A program made the translations under genes and the position numbers. From the IMG/VR virus record IMGVR_UViG_3300021139_000005, positions 1-64,000 of that record: DNA of 64,000 nucleotides. One strand, 5' to 3'. Under the pieces are notes generated by a model. It made no database searches and was not told the DNA's origin. It saw only the letters and a program-made list of their open reading frames with translations. Below, piece after piece: positions 1-8,373 of the stretch (positions are counted from its first letter, which is position 1; every line of letters starts with the position of its first letter). The DNA is from a virus.

Positions 1-14
1 TTCATTTGGTTGGG

Positions 15-218
15 TTAAGGGTTAATAATTGGTTCTACTCTATTCCATTCTGATTCCATGATGATATACCCGCAGTTTACACAGGTATGAACGTATGAGA
101 CAAAGGGCCACATATACTCTACTTTGGCCGTATTAATGCAGTCGCATTTAGGGCAGATAATTTGCTCCGTGTGAAAAGGTATATCAACGTAATCCCATAT
201 TGGTTTAGTCTGCTTCAT
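15..218 (-). CDS. Small Zn-ribbon protein
   Basis: CPKC...CVNCG pairs, 67 aa. Confidence 0.55.
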   Translation of the reverse strand: MKQTKPIWDYVDIPFHTEQIICPKCDCINTAKVEYMWPFVSYVHTCVNCGYIIMESEWNRVEPIINP

Positions 219-220
219 GA

Positions 221-385
221 CTATAAGATTGAGTTGTCTTTAATAATTTGTAAGGTCCAAAATAGCCAACCGATTTCAAGTTGAAAATATCCCTTGCACC
301 AAAACACATTGATTGACGGAATGATATAAATCCCTTTAGTGTCTTTAATAAGGGAAATGTGAAATACTACTTCTACATTTTTCAT
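221..385 (-). CDS. Small hypothetical protein (54 aa, not in ORF track)
   Basis: ATG 385 overlaps the stop of the upstream ORF; MKNVEVVFHISL...KDNSIL; TAG 221-223. Confidence 0.5.
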   Translation of the reverse strand: MKNVEVVFHISLIKDTKGIYIIPSINVFWCKGYFQLEIGWLFWTLQIIKDNSIL

Positions 386-816
386 ACAATTTTCTTTAGG
401 TTAATAAAGGGTGTTACTCCATTCAATTTGAAATGCTGCGCCACCAGCGATGGTATAAGGACCTGCACCAGTACAGGTGTTACTCCATTCAATTTGAAAT
501 GCTGCGCCACCATACACTTGGTAAACGATTGAATATCATAGTAATTCATACCGAATTTAGATTCAAAAACAGACCAAAATCGTGTGTATGAACACCAAAA
601 AATGCCAGTTTTTTCATCGTGCTTAAACATAAATTGGCTTTGATTATTAAGCCAAATTAGCGAGTTTGAGTATTTAGTTCTGTCTTCCTTCCGCTCCAAA
701 TCTTTTACCAGTTCGGCAAAAACTGATTCCTTCGTTTCTATGGCCTCCGTTTGCAATACATAAACTTTACCGTCTATGGTAAATGTGCCGTCTTCATTTT
801 GAATTATAGATTTCAT
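382..816 (-). CDS. Hypothetical protein whose C-terminus is encoded by a 36-bp repeat pair
   Basis: VAQHFKLNGVTP occurs twice with a 22-aa period. Confidence 0.7.
   Translation of the reverse strand: MKSIIQNEDGTFTIDGKVYVLQTEAIETKESVFAELVKDLERKEDRTKYSNSLIWLNNQSQFMFKHDEKTGIFWCSYTRFWSVFESKFGMNYYDIQSFTKCMVAQHFKLNGVTPVLVQVLIPSLVAQHFKLNGVTPFINLKKIV
410..511. repeat. Two identical 36-bp repeats separated by a 30-bp unique spacer (possible type VI-B-like mini-array)
   Basis: GGTGTTACTCCATTCAATTTGAAATGCTGCGCCACC at 410-445 and 476-511; GGTG/CACC terminal stem and inner CATTC/GAAATG stem. Confidence 0.9.
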
Positions 817-854
817 ATACTGTTTTATTTTAGTGATTAATTTTCGGGTGTGGG

Positions 855-2147
855 TTAGAATGGATCATCATCGTTTCCGTAACTTCCTGTCTTAACATAT
901 TCCTTCGGTTCGTTCAGCTTTTTAATTTCTGGATTACCCTCCTCCTTGTCAATGAAAAAATACTGCAACGAATAGCTTTCAAAATCATATCTCCTGGTAT
1001 CACGAACATATTTGAACTCTATTGAGCCACGGTACCCGACAATCTTCTGCCGGCGTATCTTCTTCGTGTGAAGTTCACAGGTGTAATCTTTACTATCATT
1101 CGCATTCGGCCTGTGAAATACCAGTATGTTATCGGCTTTGTTATTCCACATTGCGCCCCCGGCCAGGTCAAATACATCTGGGCAATCAAACCCCTTTTTA
1201 TCATTCTTCTTCAACATTTTCGGATGCGCCACAATTATGAAGTAGATGTTGCTGCCTATTGCAAATCGGGTAAAGTCGGACAAAACCGTAGCCAAATACT
1301 TATCATCCCGTCCACCAGATGCCTGATAATCATTCTCCATTTGGTTGAACGGATCAATAACACAACCATCTATCTTCTCTTTCAGAACTAACTGCAGGAA
1401 CCGGCTTTTGATGTAATCCGGGGTAGGGCTAAGATCTTTTGGGTAAACGTAAAAGAAATGCTCCTGAATCCATTTGTACGCCTGGGCATACTTTATTTTG
1501 TCGGGCCTGAACAGGTTGGTTGGTGTGCAGTCGGCACCCACCAGTATCTCTACAAGGTCATGATAGAACTCATGTGAAGGAAAGTCCTCCGGGCCAAATA
1601 TTGCCCACTTAGTACCTTCTTTCACCGACTTGTTGACCATCATAAACTTTAAAAATGCCGTTTTACCCATGTTTCCTATCCCGGTAAGAACTGTTAACTC
1701 TCCCCTTTTGAACTTGAAAATCTTGTCTACCTCCGGAACTCCACTCTCTGAAACCGAAACATATCCATGATCGTAAATCTTCTCAGCATCCGCGTAAACG
1801 TCCTGGCCGTAAATAACATCTGCTACCTTTCCATTATCCAGTTCAATCTCTACCGGCTTTCCTGTGGCCTTATCAACCAGATTCTTTGACTTAAACTCTG
1901 CAGTTCCAAAAACCTTGTTGTCATAAACTCTGTCGGCCATGGCCATTACCTCGTCTACAAAAAATTCGCTGTCCTTGCTCAAATACCGGCTTTTAACTTC
2001 TGTCCGGGTAGTATCCTTGTCAACTCCCAACCTGCAAGCTCCTTCGATGATATGGTGAATGAAAATCCTCCGGTCACCGCTAGAAAATATCTCCTTCTGG
2101 TGCTCAACCCACTCTTCTATCAACTTAAATGTCATTTCACTTCTCAT
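855..2147 (-). CDS. SF4 (DnaB/T7 gp4/Twinkle-like) replicative helicase
   Basis: Walker A GIGNMGKT, Walker B CVIDP, IVAHP, DLAGGAMWNNKADN. Confidence 0.9.
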   Translation of the reverse strand: MRSEMTFKLIEEWVEHQKEIFSSGDRRIFIHHIIEGACRLGVDKDTTRTEVKSRYLSKDSEFFVDEVMAMADRVYDNKVFGTAEFKSKNLVDKATGKPVEIELDNGKVADVIYGQDVYADAEKIYDHGYVSVSESGVPEVDKIFKFKRGELTVLTGIGNMGKTAFLKFMMVNKSVKEGTKWAIFGPEDFPSHEFYHDLVEILVGADCTPTNLFRPDKIKYAQAYKWIQEHFFYVYPKDLSPTPDYIKSRFLQLVLKEKIDGCVIDPFNQMENDYQASGGRDDKYLATVLSDFTRFAIGSNIYFIIVAHPKMLKKNDKKGFDCPDVFDLAGGAMWNNKADNILVFHRPNANDSKDYTCELHTKKIRRQKIVGYRGSIEFKYVRDTRRYDFESYSLQYFFIDKEEGNPEIKKLNEPKEYVKTGSYGNDDDPF

Positions 2148-2500
2148 ATATCCGACTTTAAATAGTTGATATCACGTTGTAATTCTTTTCCGGTGGAGGT
2201 GGCCGGACCCATTTTAAACACACAAAAATCATTCAGGTGGTTAGCATCTAGTTCTGTGACTACCTTTTGATACAGTTCAGCCAGGTAGTCCAAAGTTTCA
2301 AACCCTATCCAAAGTTCTTCGGTTTCCTTATCGATGATAAATTGGCTTGCATTCTCATTGGCAGCGTATTTATTGAGAGATTCTTGCTTTTTAGATAGCA
2401 TTGCCTCAAAAGCAGTGTACCTGTCCCCAAAGTCAGCTAATAGCGTCACAGACACCGGCAGGGGATAATTGTGCTTTTTGTAAAGTGATATGAGGCTCAT
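2144..2500 (-). CDS. Hypothetical protein in replication operon
   Basis: Overlaps both neighbours by 4 bp. Confidence 0.65.
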   Translation of the reverse strand: MSLISLYKKHNYPLPVSVTLLADFGDRYTAFEAMLSKKQESLNKYAANENASQFIIDKETEELWIGFETLDYLAELYQKVVTELDANHLNDFCVFKMGPATSTGKELQRDINYLKSDI

Positions 2501-3399
2501 GATAATTGGCTTTTAGGGCGAACATCTGGCTTGAATCGATCATAATGGGCCTGTTCCTGTTCAGTAATTGGTACACCAACTTCAATTTTGTGCCGGATAT
2601 ACTCGAAATCGTTGTTGAAGTTCTGCTTGGGCTGTAGTTCTGGTTTTGGTTTTAATGATAATTGTAATTCAGGTAAAGAAACTTGACAAAACTTATCCAA
2701 CTTATCCGATCTTGTAAAGAACTCAGGAGTAAGGTACTTGAATCCATTTTCGATATGGTAAGATTCCTTGGAGGCGTTATTAACTGCAGATAATATTTCT
2801 TGCAAAGTACGCCCTTCTTTAATCCTGGCAATGAATCCTGTTTTGTCTTTTGTTGATCCTTTATACTTTTTACCCAAAAGAGAATTTATTCCCTCAATAT
2901 ACTGTTCGTAAGATTTCAAATAGGATTCAGATATCTCTTCTTTTCTTTCCTTCTTTTCTTTATTATCCTTCTTGTATGTGTCGAGTTGTTGTTGGTTCGT
3001 TGTTGGTTTGTTGGTTGTTTGTTGGTTGTTTGTTGGTTGTAGTCCTTGGTAACTATCGTATTTACAGATAGTTATCTTGGTGTATTTTGTAGTACTCTCT
3101 TGGCTAATCATTGCATCCTTTTTTAGCATGTCGAGGAAAGACCGCACTGCGCCTCGGTTCCAGCCCCACTCCATAGAGAGTTTTTCCTGAGAAGTTAATA
3201 GCTGCCCTCTTTCTAATTCTATAAGATCATAACCAACAGAACGCTTTTCAGGACTCCACTGAGCTTCCAGAAGAAGGTATATCCAGGCTTCAAGTTTGGA
3301 CTTCACCCGGCTTTCATTCCAAATCCAGTGTCCTTTAATGGACCTGAATACTTTAATGTAGCCGGCTTGATAATTTTCAGCAGGGTCTTCAAACAGCAT
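2497..3399 (-). CDS. Phage replication initiator (lambda O/DnaD-like)
   Basis: GYIKVFRSI..HWIW, LERGQLLTS..LS..WGW, ITICKYDSYQ, Q/T/N-rich linker, C-terminal YLTPEFFTRSDKLDKF; likely start ATG 3399. Confidence 0.85.
   Translation of the reverse strand: MLFEDPAENYQAGYIKVFRSIKGHWIWNESRVKSKLEAWIYLLLEAQWSPEKRSVGYDLIELERGQLLTSQEKLSMEWGWNRGAVRSFLDMLKKDAMISQESTTKYTKITICKYDSYQGLQPTNNQQTTNKPTTNQQQLDTYKKDNKEKKERKEEISESYLKSYEQYIEGINSLLGKKYKGSTKDKTGFIARIKEGRTLQEILSAVNNASKESYHIENGFKYLTPEFFTRSDKLDKFCQVSLPELQLSLKPKPELQPKQNFNNDFEYIRHKIEVGVPITEQEQAHYDRFKPDVRPKSQLS
2985..3040. repeat. Iteron-like repeats (putative replication origin inside initiator gene)
   Basis: TGTTGGTT at 2990, 3001, 3009, 3020, 3031 beside a pyrimidine/AT-rich tract. 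Confidence 0.65.
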
Positions 3400-3411
3400 A
3401 ACAAAAAATGG

Positions 3412-3539
3412 GCGCAATCAAAGGGGTGCCGAACCAATAACCCGAAGGCAAGAAGTTTTCCCCTTTGACGCGCTTATCTTAAATATGAGTTCTGAAATGT
3501 CTTTTTCATAGAGTTATTGTGTTCGGCAGTGCAAATATA
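3412..3539 (-). promoter_or_regulatory. Bacteroidota -7 promoter plus structured 5' leader of the replication operon
   Basis: TATATTTG at 3539-3532; pairings 3513-3528/3427-3441 and 3460-3473/3412-3426. Confidence 0.65.
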
Positions 3540-3631
3540 AACGAACAGTTTTCATACCACCAAATTTATTTTCACTTTATTTTTATCTTCACTCTTAAAA
3601 CTAACTGTTGTAAAAAATATTTTACAAATTA

Positions 3632-3664
3632 TTTGTAAATCCAACTAAGAGTTGTTTATCTTTG
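3632..3664 (+). promoter_or_regulatory. Bacteroidota sigma70-type promoter (-33/-7)
   Basis: TTTG 3632-3635, 21-nt spacer, TATCTTTG 3657-3664. Confidence 0.7.
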
Positions 3665-3681
3665 CTGAAAATACACACACC

Positions 3682-4455
3682 ATGGCAGAAGAAAAACAAG
3701 AATTATCAGTGCTACTTGACAACGAAGTAAGCCTGGTAGTCAACCAAAAAAACATCGAAGGATTCCAGATGGCTATCTCGGTAGCAAGGGGAATGGCAAG
3801 GCTTAACAGCATGATCACGGATGATTATATGAAGGAGATCATGCCCCTTCAGAACACATCGTTAGGTTTTAAGACGGACAAGCCGGAAGGATATCCACTA
3901 GCGGTAGCGAAGAAGTGCTTGATGGAGGCGGTACTTTGGGGCGTTCAACCTTGGGGTAACCAGTTCAATATTATCGCATCGAACATGTACATCACTGGAG
4001 AGGGATTTACCTACCTGCTGAAGAAGGTATCTGGCCTGTGGTATGAGATAATTGCCGGCATCCCGAAGATAGGGGACAAGAGCGCGGAGGTAGAAATGAC
4101 GATCAACTGGTCATTGAACGGTGGTACGAAGGAACAGCGTAAGCTAACCTTTGTTGTAAAGGTCAACTCATACATGGGTGCGGATGCGGTAATAGGCAAG
4201 GCAAAGAGAAAATCAAAGTGCTGGCTATTTAACACGCTTAATGATGTTGAGATAGTAGACGCTGATGCTGATGAACTTAAACAGGAGGTTATTCAGATTC
4301 AGGAAGAGAAGTACGATTGGGCCGACCTGGAATTATTGTATGACCTGAAAAAAGAAAAGCTGACTGAAAAGCAGAGAGCAAGTTCAGAACGGATCATAAA
4401 GGCACAGGAAAAAACTGGTTATAAGAAGCTGCAGGAGTTTTTAGCCGGTATATAA
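3682..4455 (+). CDS. Putative single-strand annealing protein (RecT/Red-beta-like)
   Basis: Lies upstream of a YqaJ exonuclease; GFKTDK..GNQFNIIASNMYIT..GF..AVIGKAKRK; start probably ATG 3682. Confidence 0.55.
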   Translation: MAEEKQELSVLLDNEVSLVVNQKNIEGFQMAISVARGMARLNSMITDDYMKEIMPLQNTSLGFKTDKPEGYPLAVAKKCLMEAVLWGVQPWGNQFNIIASNMYITGEGFTYLLKKVSGLWYEIIAGIPKIGDKSAEVEMTINWSLNGGTKEQRKLTFVVKVNSYMGADAVIGKAKRKSKCWLFNTLNDVEIVDADADELKQEVIQIQEEKYDWADLELLYDLKKEKLTEKQRASSERIIKAQEKTGYKKLQEFLAGI

Positions 4456-4586
4456 AGAATAGTGCAGTTCGATTCTGCTCGTTGGCCGAGGATTGGTATT
4501 TGCTGTGTATTAAGGTTCGATTCCTTAAGTCCAAAACGACAAGGTTAAGACAGCGGCTATATTTTTTAATTATACAATCAAACAAA

Positions 4587-5345
4587 GTGAGTTCAACCAT
4601 AAATCAATCAGAAATCAGATGCGGAAATTTCACATCAAGTGAGATACACCGATTAATGAGTAACGGTAAAAAGGCAGGAGAACCCGGTAAACCGTTCTTT
4701 ACATACGTAGAAGAGAAACAGATGGAGCGCAGGCTTGGACGTTCCATATCGGAAGATGTGACAGCGAGGTCGTTATCATGGGGACTGTTGCTTGAAAAGA
4801 GAGTTTTTAACCTGTTAGGCATTGACTACAAAGAGAGCAGTCAGGAAACGATAGTTCACCCGAGATATAACTTTTGGGTAGGTAGCCCGGACGGTCAGGA
4901 GTTCGACGAAGCAGGGGATAAGCTGGCCGAAATTAAGTGCCCACTAACATTAAAATCGTTCTGCCAACTGGTAGACTGTATCAAAGAAGGACTTAGTGGT
5001 TTGGAAATCATGAACTTGATTCGTGAAAACCATACGGACGGGGATAAGTTCTACTGGCAGTGTGTTAGTAATGCGATACTTACCGGTTCAAAGTATGCTG
5101 AACTGATAGTTTATATGCCATATCAGAGTGAATTGGCGGCAATCAGGTTCCTTGCAACGAATTACGATGGCTTTGACCAGTGGAAATTTAAGTGGATAGA
5201 CCAGGCAACGGATGAAGAATTGCCGTTCCTTGTTGAAGGAAACTACTACAAGAACCTGAATAAAATCATGTTCGAGGTTCCGCAGGAAGACAAAGATTTA
5301 CTCACTGAGCGCGTGTTGATGGCTCATAAATTGATAACTGGCTAG
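4587..5345 (+). CDS. YqaJ/lambda-exonuclease family recombination nuclease
   Basis: FTSSEI, WG..LE, GSPDG, EIKCP, YWQ; probable GTG start 4587. Confidence 0.85.
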   Translation: MSSTINQSEIRCGNFTSSEIHRLMSNGKKAGEPGKPFFTYVEEKQMERRLGRSISEDVTARSLSWGLLLEKRVFNLLGIDYKESSQETIVHPRYNFWVGSPDGQEFDEAGDKLAEIKCPLTLKSFCQLVDCIKEGLSGLEIMNLIRENHTDGDKFYWQCVSNAILTGSKYAELIVYMPYQSELAAIRFLATNYDGFDQWKFKWIDQATDEELPFLVEGNYYKNLNKIMFEVPQEDKDLLTERVLMAHKLITG

Positions 5346-5421
5346 TGCCAATCGTAGAAAGGGGAAACCGGGGATAGCAATGTCGCTGTCCCCGGAATAA
5401 GGAAAGTAACCAAAGAGTACC

Positions 5422-5805
5422 ATGAATAGGCAGATGTCCAACCAAGAAATCGAGCGCATCCTGCTTAAAATTAAGTTAGGGTCGCTCGTTTCTAAGACAC
5501 CTGAATTCATCGCCCAGGTAATCATAAAGCGGTTCAATCAGGAAGGGGTTAAGATGTATGTGGAGGAGGACAAGAAGACGGTAAAGGTGGACGCAGTTAC
5601 CCGGTGGACAAATGATATTGTAAAGAGGAATACTGGCTTTGTTTACGAGGAGTTCAATGGGTTCGAGGGGGAGTTACTAAGTGAAAGAGAGGCAAATGGT
5701 TCTATATTGTGCAGGGTGAGGATAGGGAAGGTAGGTGGTAGAAAGTTTGTAACTGAGATTTTAAAACAGGATTTAATTATAACCAATGGTAAAGAAGAAA
5801 GTTGA
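5422..5805 (+). CDS. Hypothetical protein
   Basis: Open frame within plus-strand operon. Confidence 0.6.
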   Translation: MNRQMSNQEIERILLKIKLGSLVSKTPEFIAQVIIKRFNQEGVKMYVEEDKKTVKVDAVTRWTNDIVKRNTGFVYEEFNGFEGELLSEREANGSILCRVRIGKVGGRKFVTEILKQDLIITNGKEES

Positions 5806-6121
5806 ACTTGAGGAGCCTATAAGGCCAGTGTTCGATCAGAGATTGGAGAAAAGGGACCGGAGAGAGTTCGTCCGTCAGCTATCACAACGTGGGATGAGTA
5901 TTGGTCTTTATGAAGGTTTGTTTGAAGATATCCGAAAGGCTATTGTAAAGGCAAGGACAGATACCTTACCTATGCTATCAAAGAAGCAGCTTGCTGATAA
6001 GGTTGGGATCAGCAGGAGCTCCATAGATTACCTGGAAAAAGGTGAAAGAAGGCCATCCATATTTAACCTGTTTATGATAGCTAATGCAACGGGTAAACGC
6101 TTAACAATCACACTGGAATGA
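5786..6121 (+). CDS. XRE/Cro-type HTH transcriptional regulator
   Basis: LSKKQLADKVGISRSSIDYLEKGERRPS. Confidence 0.85.
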   Translation: MVKKKVELEEPIRPVFDQRLEKRDRREFVRQLSQRGMSIGLYEGLFEDIRKAIVKARTDTLPMLSKKQLADKVGISRSSIDYLEKGERRPSIFNLFMIANATGKRLTITLE

Positions 6122-6534
6122 ACGTATTTGTAGATGCATTATTGGCCTGTTTATTTGTCCTTTTTGTAGGTGTGATACTTTGGTACATGTTCAAGACGTT
6201 GTTCCATAAAAAGCATGGGGAGGCCGCTGAGGAAACGATTGAGCCATCAGATGCAAAGGACATCAAGGAGGAGGAGTTGGCCGATGATACCTGGGTATTT
6301 GTCAAGCACCGTGGGATTGTTCTTCCGATGCGTAAACATGAGAAGATTAACCTTTGGGATTGCTTATCAAGGGAAGGGAGAAATGAACAAGTAGCGGAAA
6401 TGAAATCTGCAATAAAAAAGGGGAAGATACAAGAATATTGGGTAGACAAAGATACATGCCTGTATGTGCCCAAAAAGGCAAATCTTATCAAAATTAGAGA
6501 TCAGTACCTACTATTCAAGCAAGGAAAACTATGA
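6118..6534 (+). CDS. Membrane-anchored hypothetical protein
   Basis: N-terminal hydrophobic helix. Confidence 0.65.
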   Translation: MNVFVDALLACLFVLFVGVILWYMFKTLFHKKHGEAAEETIEPSDAKDIKEEELADDTWVFVKHRGIVLPMRKHEKINLWDCLSREGRNEQVAEMKSAIKKGKIQEYWVDKDTCLYVPKKANLIKIRDQYLLFKQGKL

Positions 6535-6544
6535 TTAAACTTCT

Positions 6545-6668
6545 TATATTTGCATTGCTGTTTAACGAAGTCTATGCAAACCAAACTCATAACGAAAATA
6601 AACCCTGCCGTGATGCAACCTGCCTTCTGGCTTCGTTGAACAGCCATTACGGTGGGGCTAACTTTTTT
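6545..6668 (+). promoter_or_regulatory. -7 promoter plus structured leader of HNH-AP2 gene
   Basis: TATATTTG 6545-6552; 16-bp 6557-6572/6629-6644 and 13-bp 6603-6615/6645-6657 pairings. Confidence 0.65.
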
Positions 6669-7265
6669 ATGAAACTTATACCTCTCAACACTCGAAAAGG
6701 AAATAGGTACCATGGAAAATATTTTGCTCAGGTAGATGATGCAGATTACGATTGGTTGATGCAATGGAAATGGTGTATTTGTAAAACAAAAAAAACTTTG
6801 TACGCGACAAGAACCGATAGAACAACTGGTGACTATAGGAGTGGTGGAAAGCATACTAGGGTAGTAATGCACCGTCAGATAGTGGGTGTTACTGATCCAT
6901 CCAAACTTGTTGACCATATTGACCACAATGGCCTAAATAATCAACGAAACAATTTAAGGGAAGCAACGAAGATGCAGAACTGTAAAAATAGAACCTCTAG
7001 CGATGGTTCATCGTCTAAGTTTTTAGGTGTTTGCTTATTTAGAAGCGGAGGTATTAAAATACCAGAAAGAATTAGGTGGATTGCTGCAATTGCTATTGAT
7101 GGAAAGTCAAAACACTTAGGCATATTTGAAAATGAAGAGGATGCTGCTCGAGCATATGATGATGCTGCAAAAATACATCACGGACAATGGGCAAATTTAA
7201 ACTTTAAAGAGAATGATGAAACCTGGAGAAGCAATGGTGTTCGTAGAGATACCACCGGCAATTGA
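6669..7265 (+). CDS. HNH endonuclease with AP2 domain
   Basis: MHRQI..VDHIDHNGLNNQRNNLR; HLGIFENEEDAARAYD..HGQWANLNF; start ATG 6669. Confidence 0.9.
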   Translation: MKLIPLNTRKGNRYHGKYFAQVDDADYDWLMQWKWCICKTKKTLYATRTDRTTGDYRSGGKHTRVVMHRQIVGVTDPSKLVDHIDHNGLNNQRNNLREATKMQNCKNRTSSDGSSSKFLGVCLFRSGGIKIPERIRWIAAIAIDGKSKHLGIFENEEDAARAYDDAAKIHHGQWANLNFKENDETWRSNGVRRDTTGN

Positions 7266-8232
7266 TTCTATTAATACGGCAGCGGGTAAACTGTACGTAG
7301 ATACTAGCTACAATGTTGGCCAATACGCAAATGTATTCGCCACAGTCCTAGGTGTTCCTGATAAGATAAACTCACGTTCAGCAAGGGCAAACAAGGGCAA
7401 ACAAGGCCATTTCAGTCCTGATGAAGACATGCGATTAAAGGTCGGTGACACTGTTTATTTCAGCTATCTTACAATTACTAATGCTAAGAAGAACTTTGAC
7501 AGGGGGAAGTATTGGGAGGAGGATGGTAAAAGGTTTGCACTGCTTCCATATGCATCTTTATTTTTCGCTGTAAGGAAAAGATGTATATCGGCAATGTCTG
7601 ATTCCCAAATAGAGAGATTAGCTAAAGATGGCTCACTTTTATCAGAATACATCATGCTTAACCAGTGGATTCTAATCGAACCGGTAGGCATAAAACAGCA
7701 CTCAGAAACGTTTGAACGCTATGGTACCGTAATGATTGACGATGAACGTTCTACGGGGAACATTGCTGTAATAACAGACAACCCATTCAAGAGCTCAGAA
7801 GGTATCGTTGCACATTGTCCTGCCGGATTAGGCATACAGCCCGGTGACAACGTAATATTCCAGAAGGAGAGCGACATACCGGTTGAATACGAACTGTGCA
7901 GGACTTTGGACAAGCCATACTGGAGAATGGAGTGGAAAGACATCGTAGCCAAGCGTAATGGCCGTGGTGTTGATTTGGTCGATAATTACTGCCTGGTTAT
8001 ACGCGATGAACCTGATACTAAGACCTCATTCGATATCTTTGCTGAGGAGCAGTTCACAGGAGTTATTGTTCAGGTAGGCCCAAAGGTGGTGGGATTAACT
8101 GTCGGCCATCGGGTATTATTTGTTCACAATGACTATGTAGAGTTCCCTCACAGTGATGGCAGAACAGGTATTTTAGTTCGGGAGGGGGAGATGTTGATGG
8201 ATGCCAAGGAACATAAAATTGTAAGGGTGTGA
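7213..8232 (+). CDS. Multi-domain GroES-like (co-chaperonin fold) protein
   Basis: Three GroES-like segments: LKVGDTVYF, IQPGDNVIF, GVIVQVGPKVVGLTVGHRVLF. Confidence 0.7.
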   Translation: MMKPGEAMVFVEIPPAIDSINTAAGKLYVDTSYNVGQYANVFATVLGVPDKINSRSARANKGKQGHFSPDEDMRLKVGDTVYFSYLTITNAKKNFDRGKYWEEDGKRFALLPYASLFFAVRKRCISAMSDSQIERLAKDGSLLSEYIMLNQWILIEPVGIKQHSETFERYGTVMIDDERSTGNIAVITDNPFKSSEGIVAHCPAGLGIQPGDNVIFQKESDIPVEYELCRTLDKPYWRMEWKDIVAKRNGRGVDLVDNYCLVIRDEPDTKTSFDIFAEEQFTGVIVQVGPKVVGLTVGHRVLFVHNDYVEFPHSDGRTGILVREGEMLMDAKEHKIVRV

Positions 8233-8373
8233 TAGATTACAAGAAACTTCTGATTAAGTATATCGCCCATGTAGAAGACACAGAGGGGATAAACTTTGGC
8301 AACTATATACTTATTCAACCCTAGAGAAAGTCGAGGGCGCTGATTTTAATGAAGCTTTGAAAATATTGTCAAA

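Noticed and set aside
382-816. Diversity-generating retroelement VR/TR pair
   Set aside because: Repeats are identical with no adenine-specific differences, and no reverse transcriptase is in the window.
5340-5412. Hairpin with AAGGGGAAACCGG..CTGTCCCC resembling a cobalamin riboswitch
   Set aside because: Too short, lacks the B12 box and T-loop elements; only a simple CCGGGATAGC/GCTGTCCCCGG hairpin is supported.
6531-6668. Signal-peptide-like N-terminal extension on the HNH ORF (similarly extensions at 3652, 4482, 18152)
   Set aside because: These stretches contain promoter, leader or terminator elements; downstream starts fit better.
6669-7265. HNH genes as intron-encoded endonucleases
   Set aside because: Flanking genes are not interrupted and no group I core is evident; they appear free-standing.
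8229-8324. Short ORF VIDYKKLLIKYIAHVEDTEG..
   Set aside because: Only 31 codons and possibly a truncated remnant; not enough support to call.
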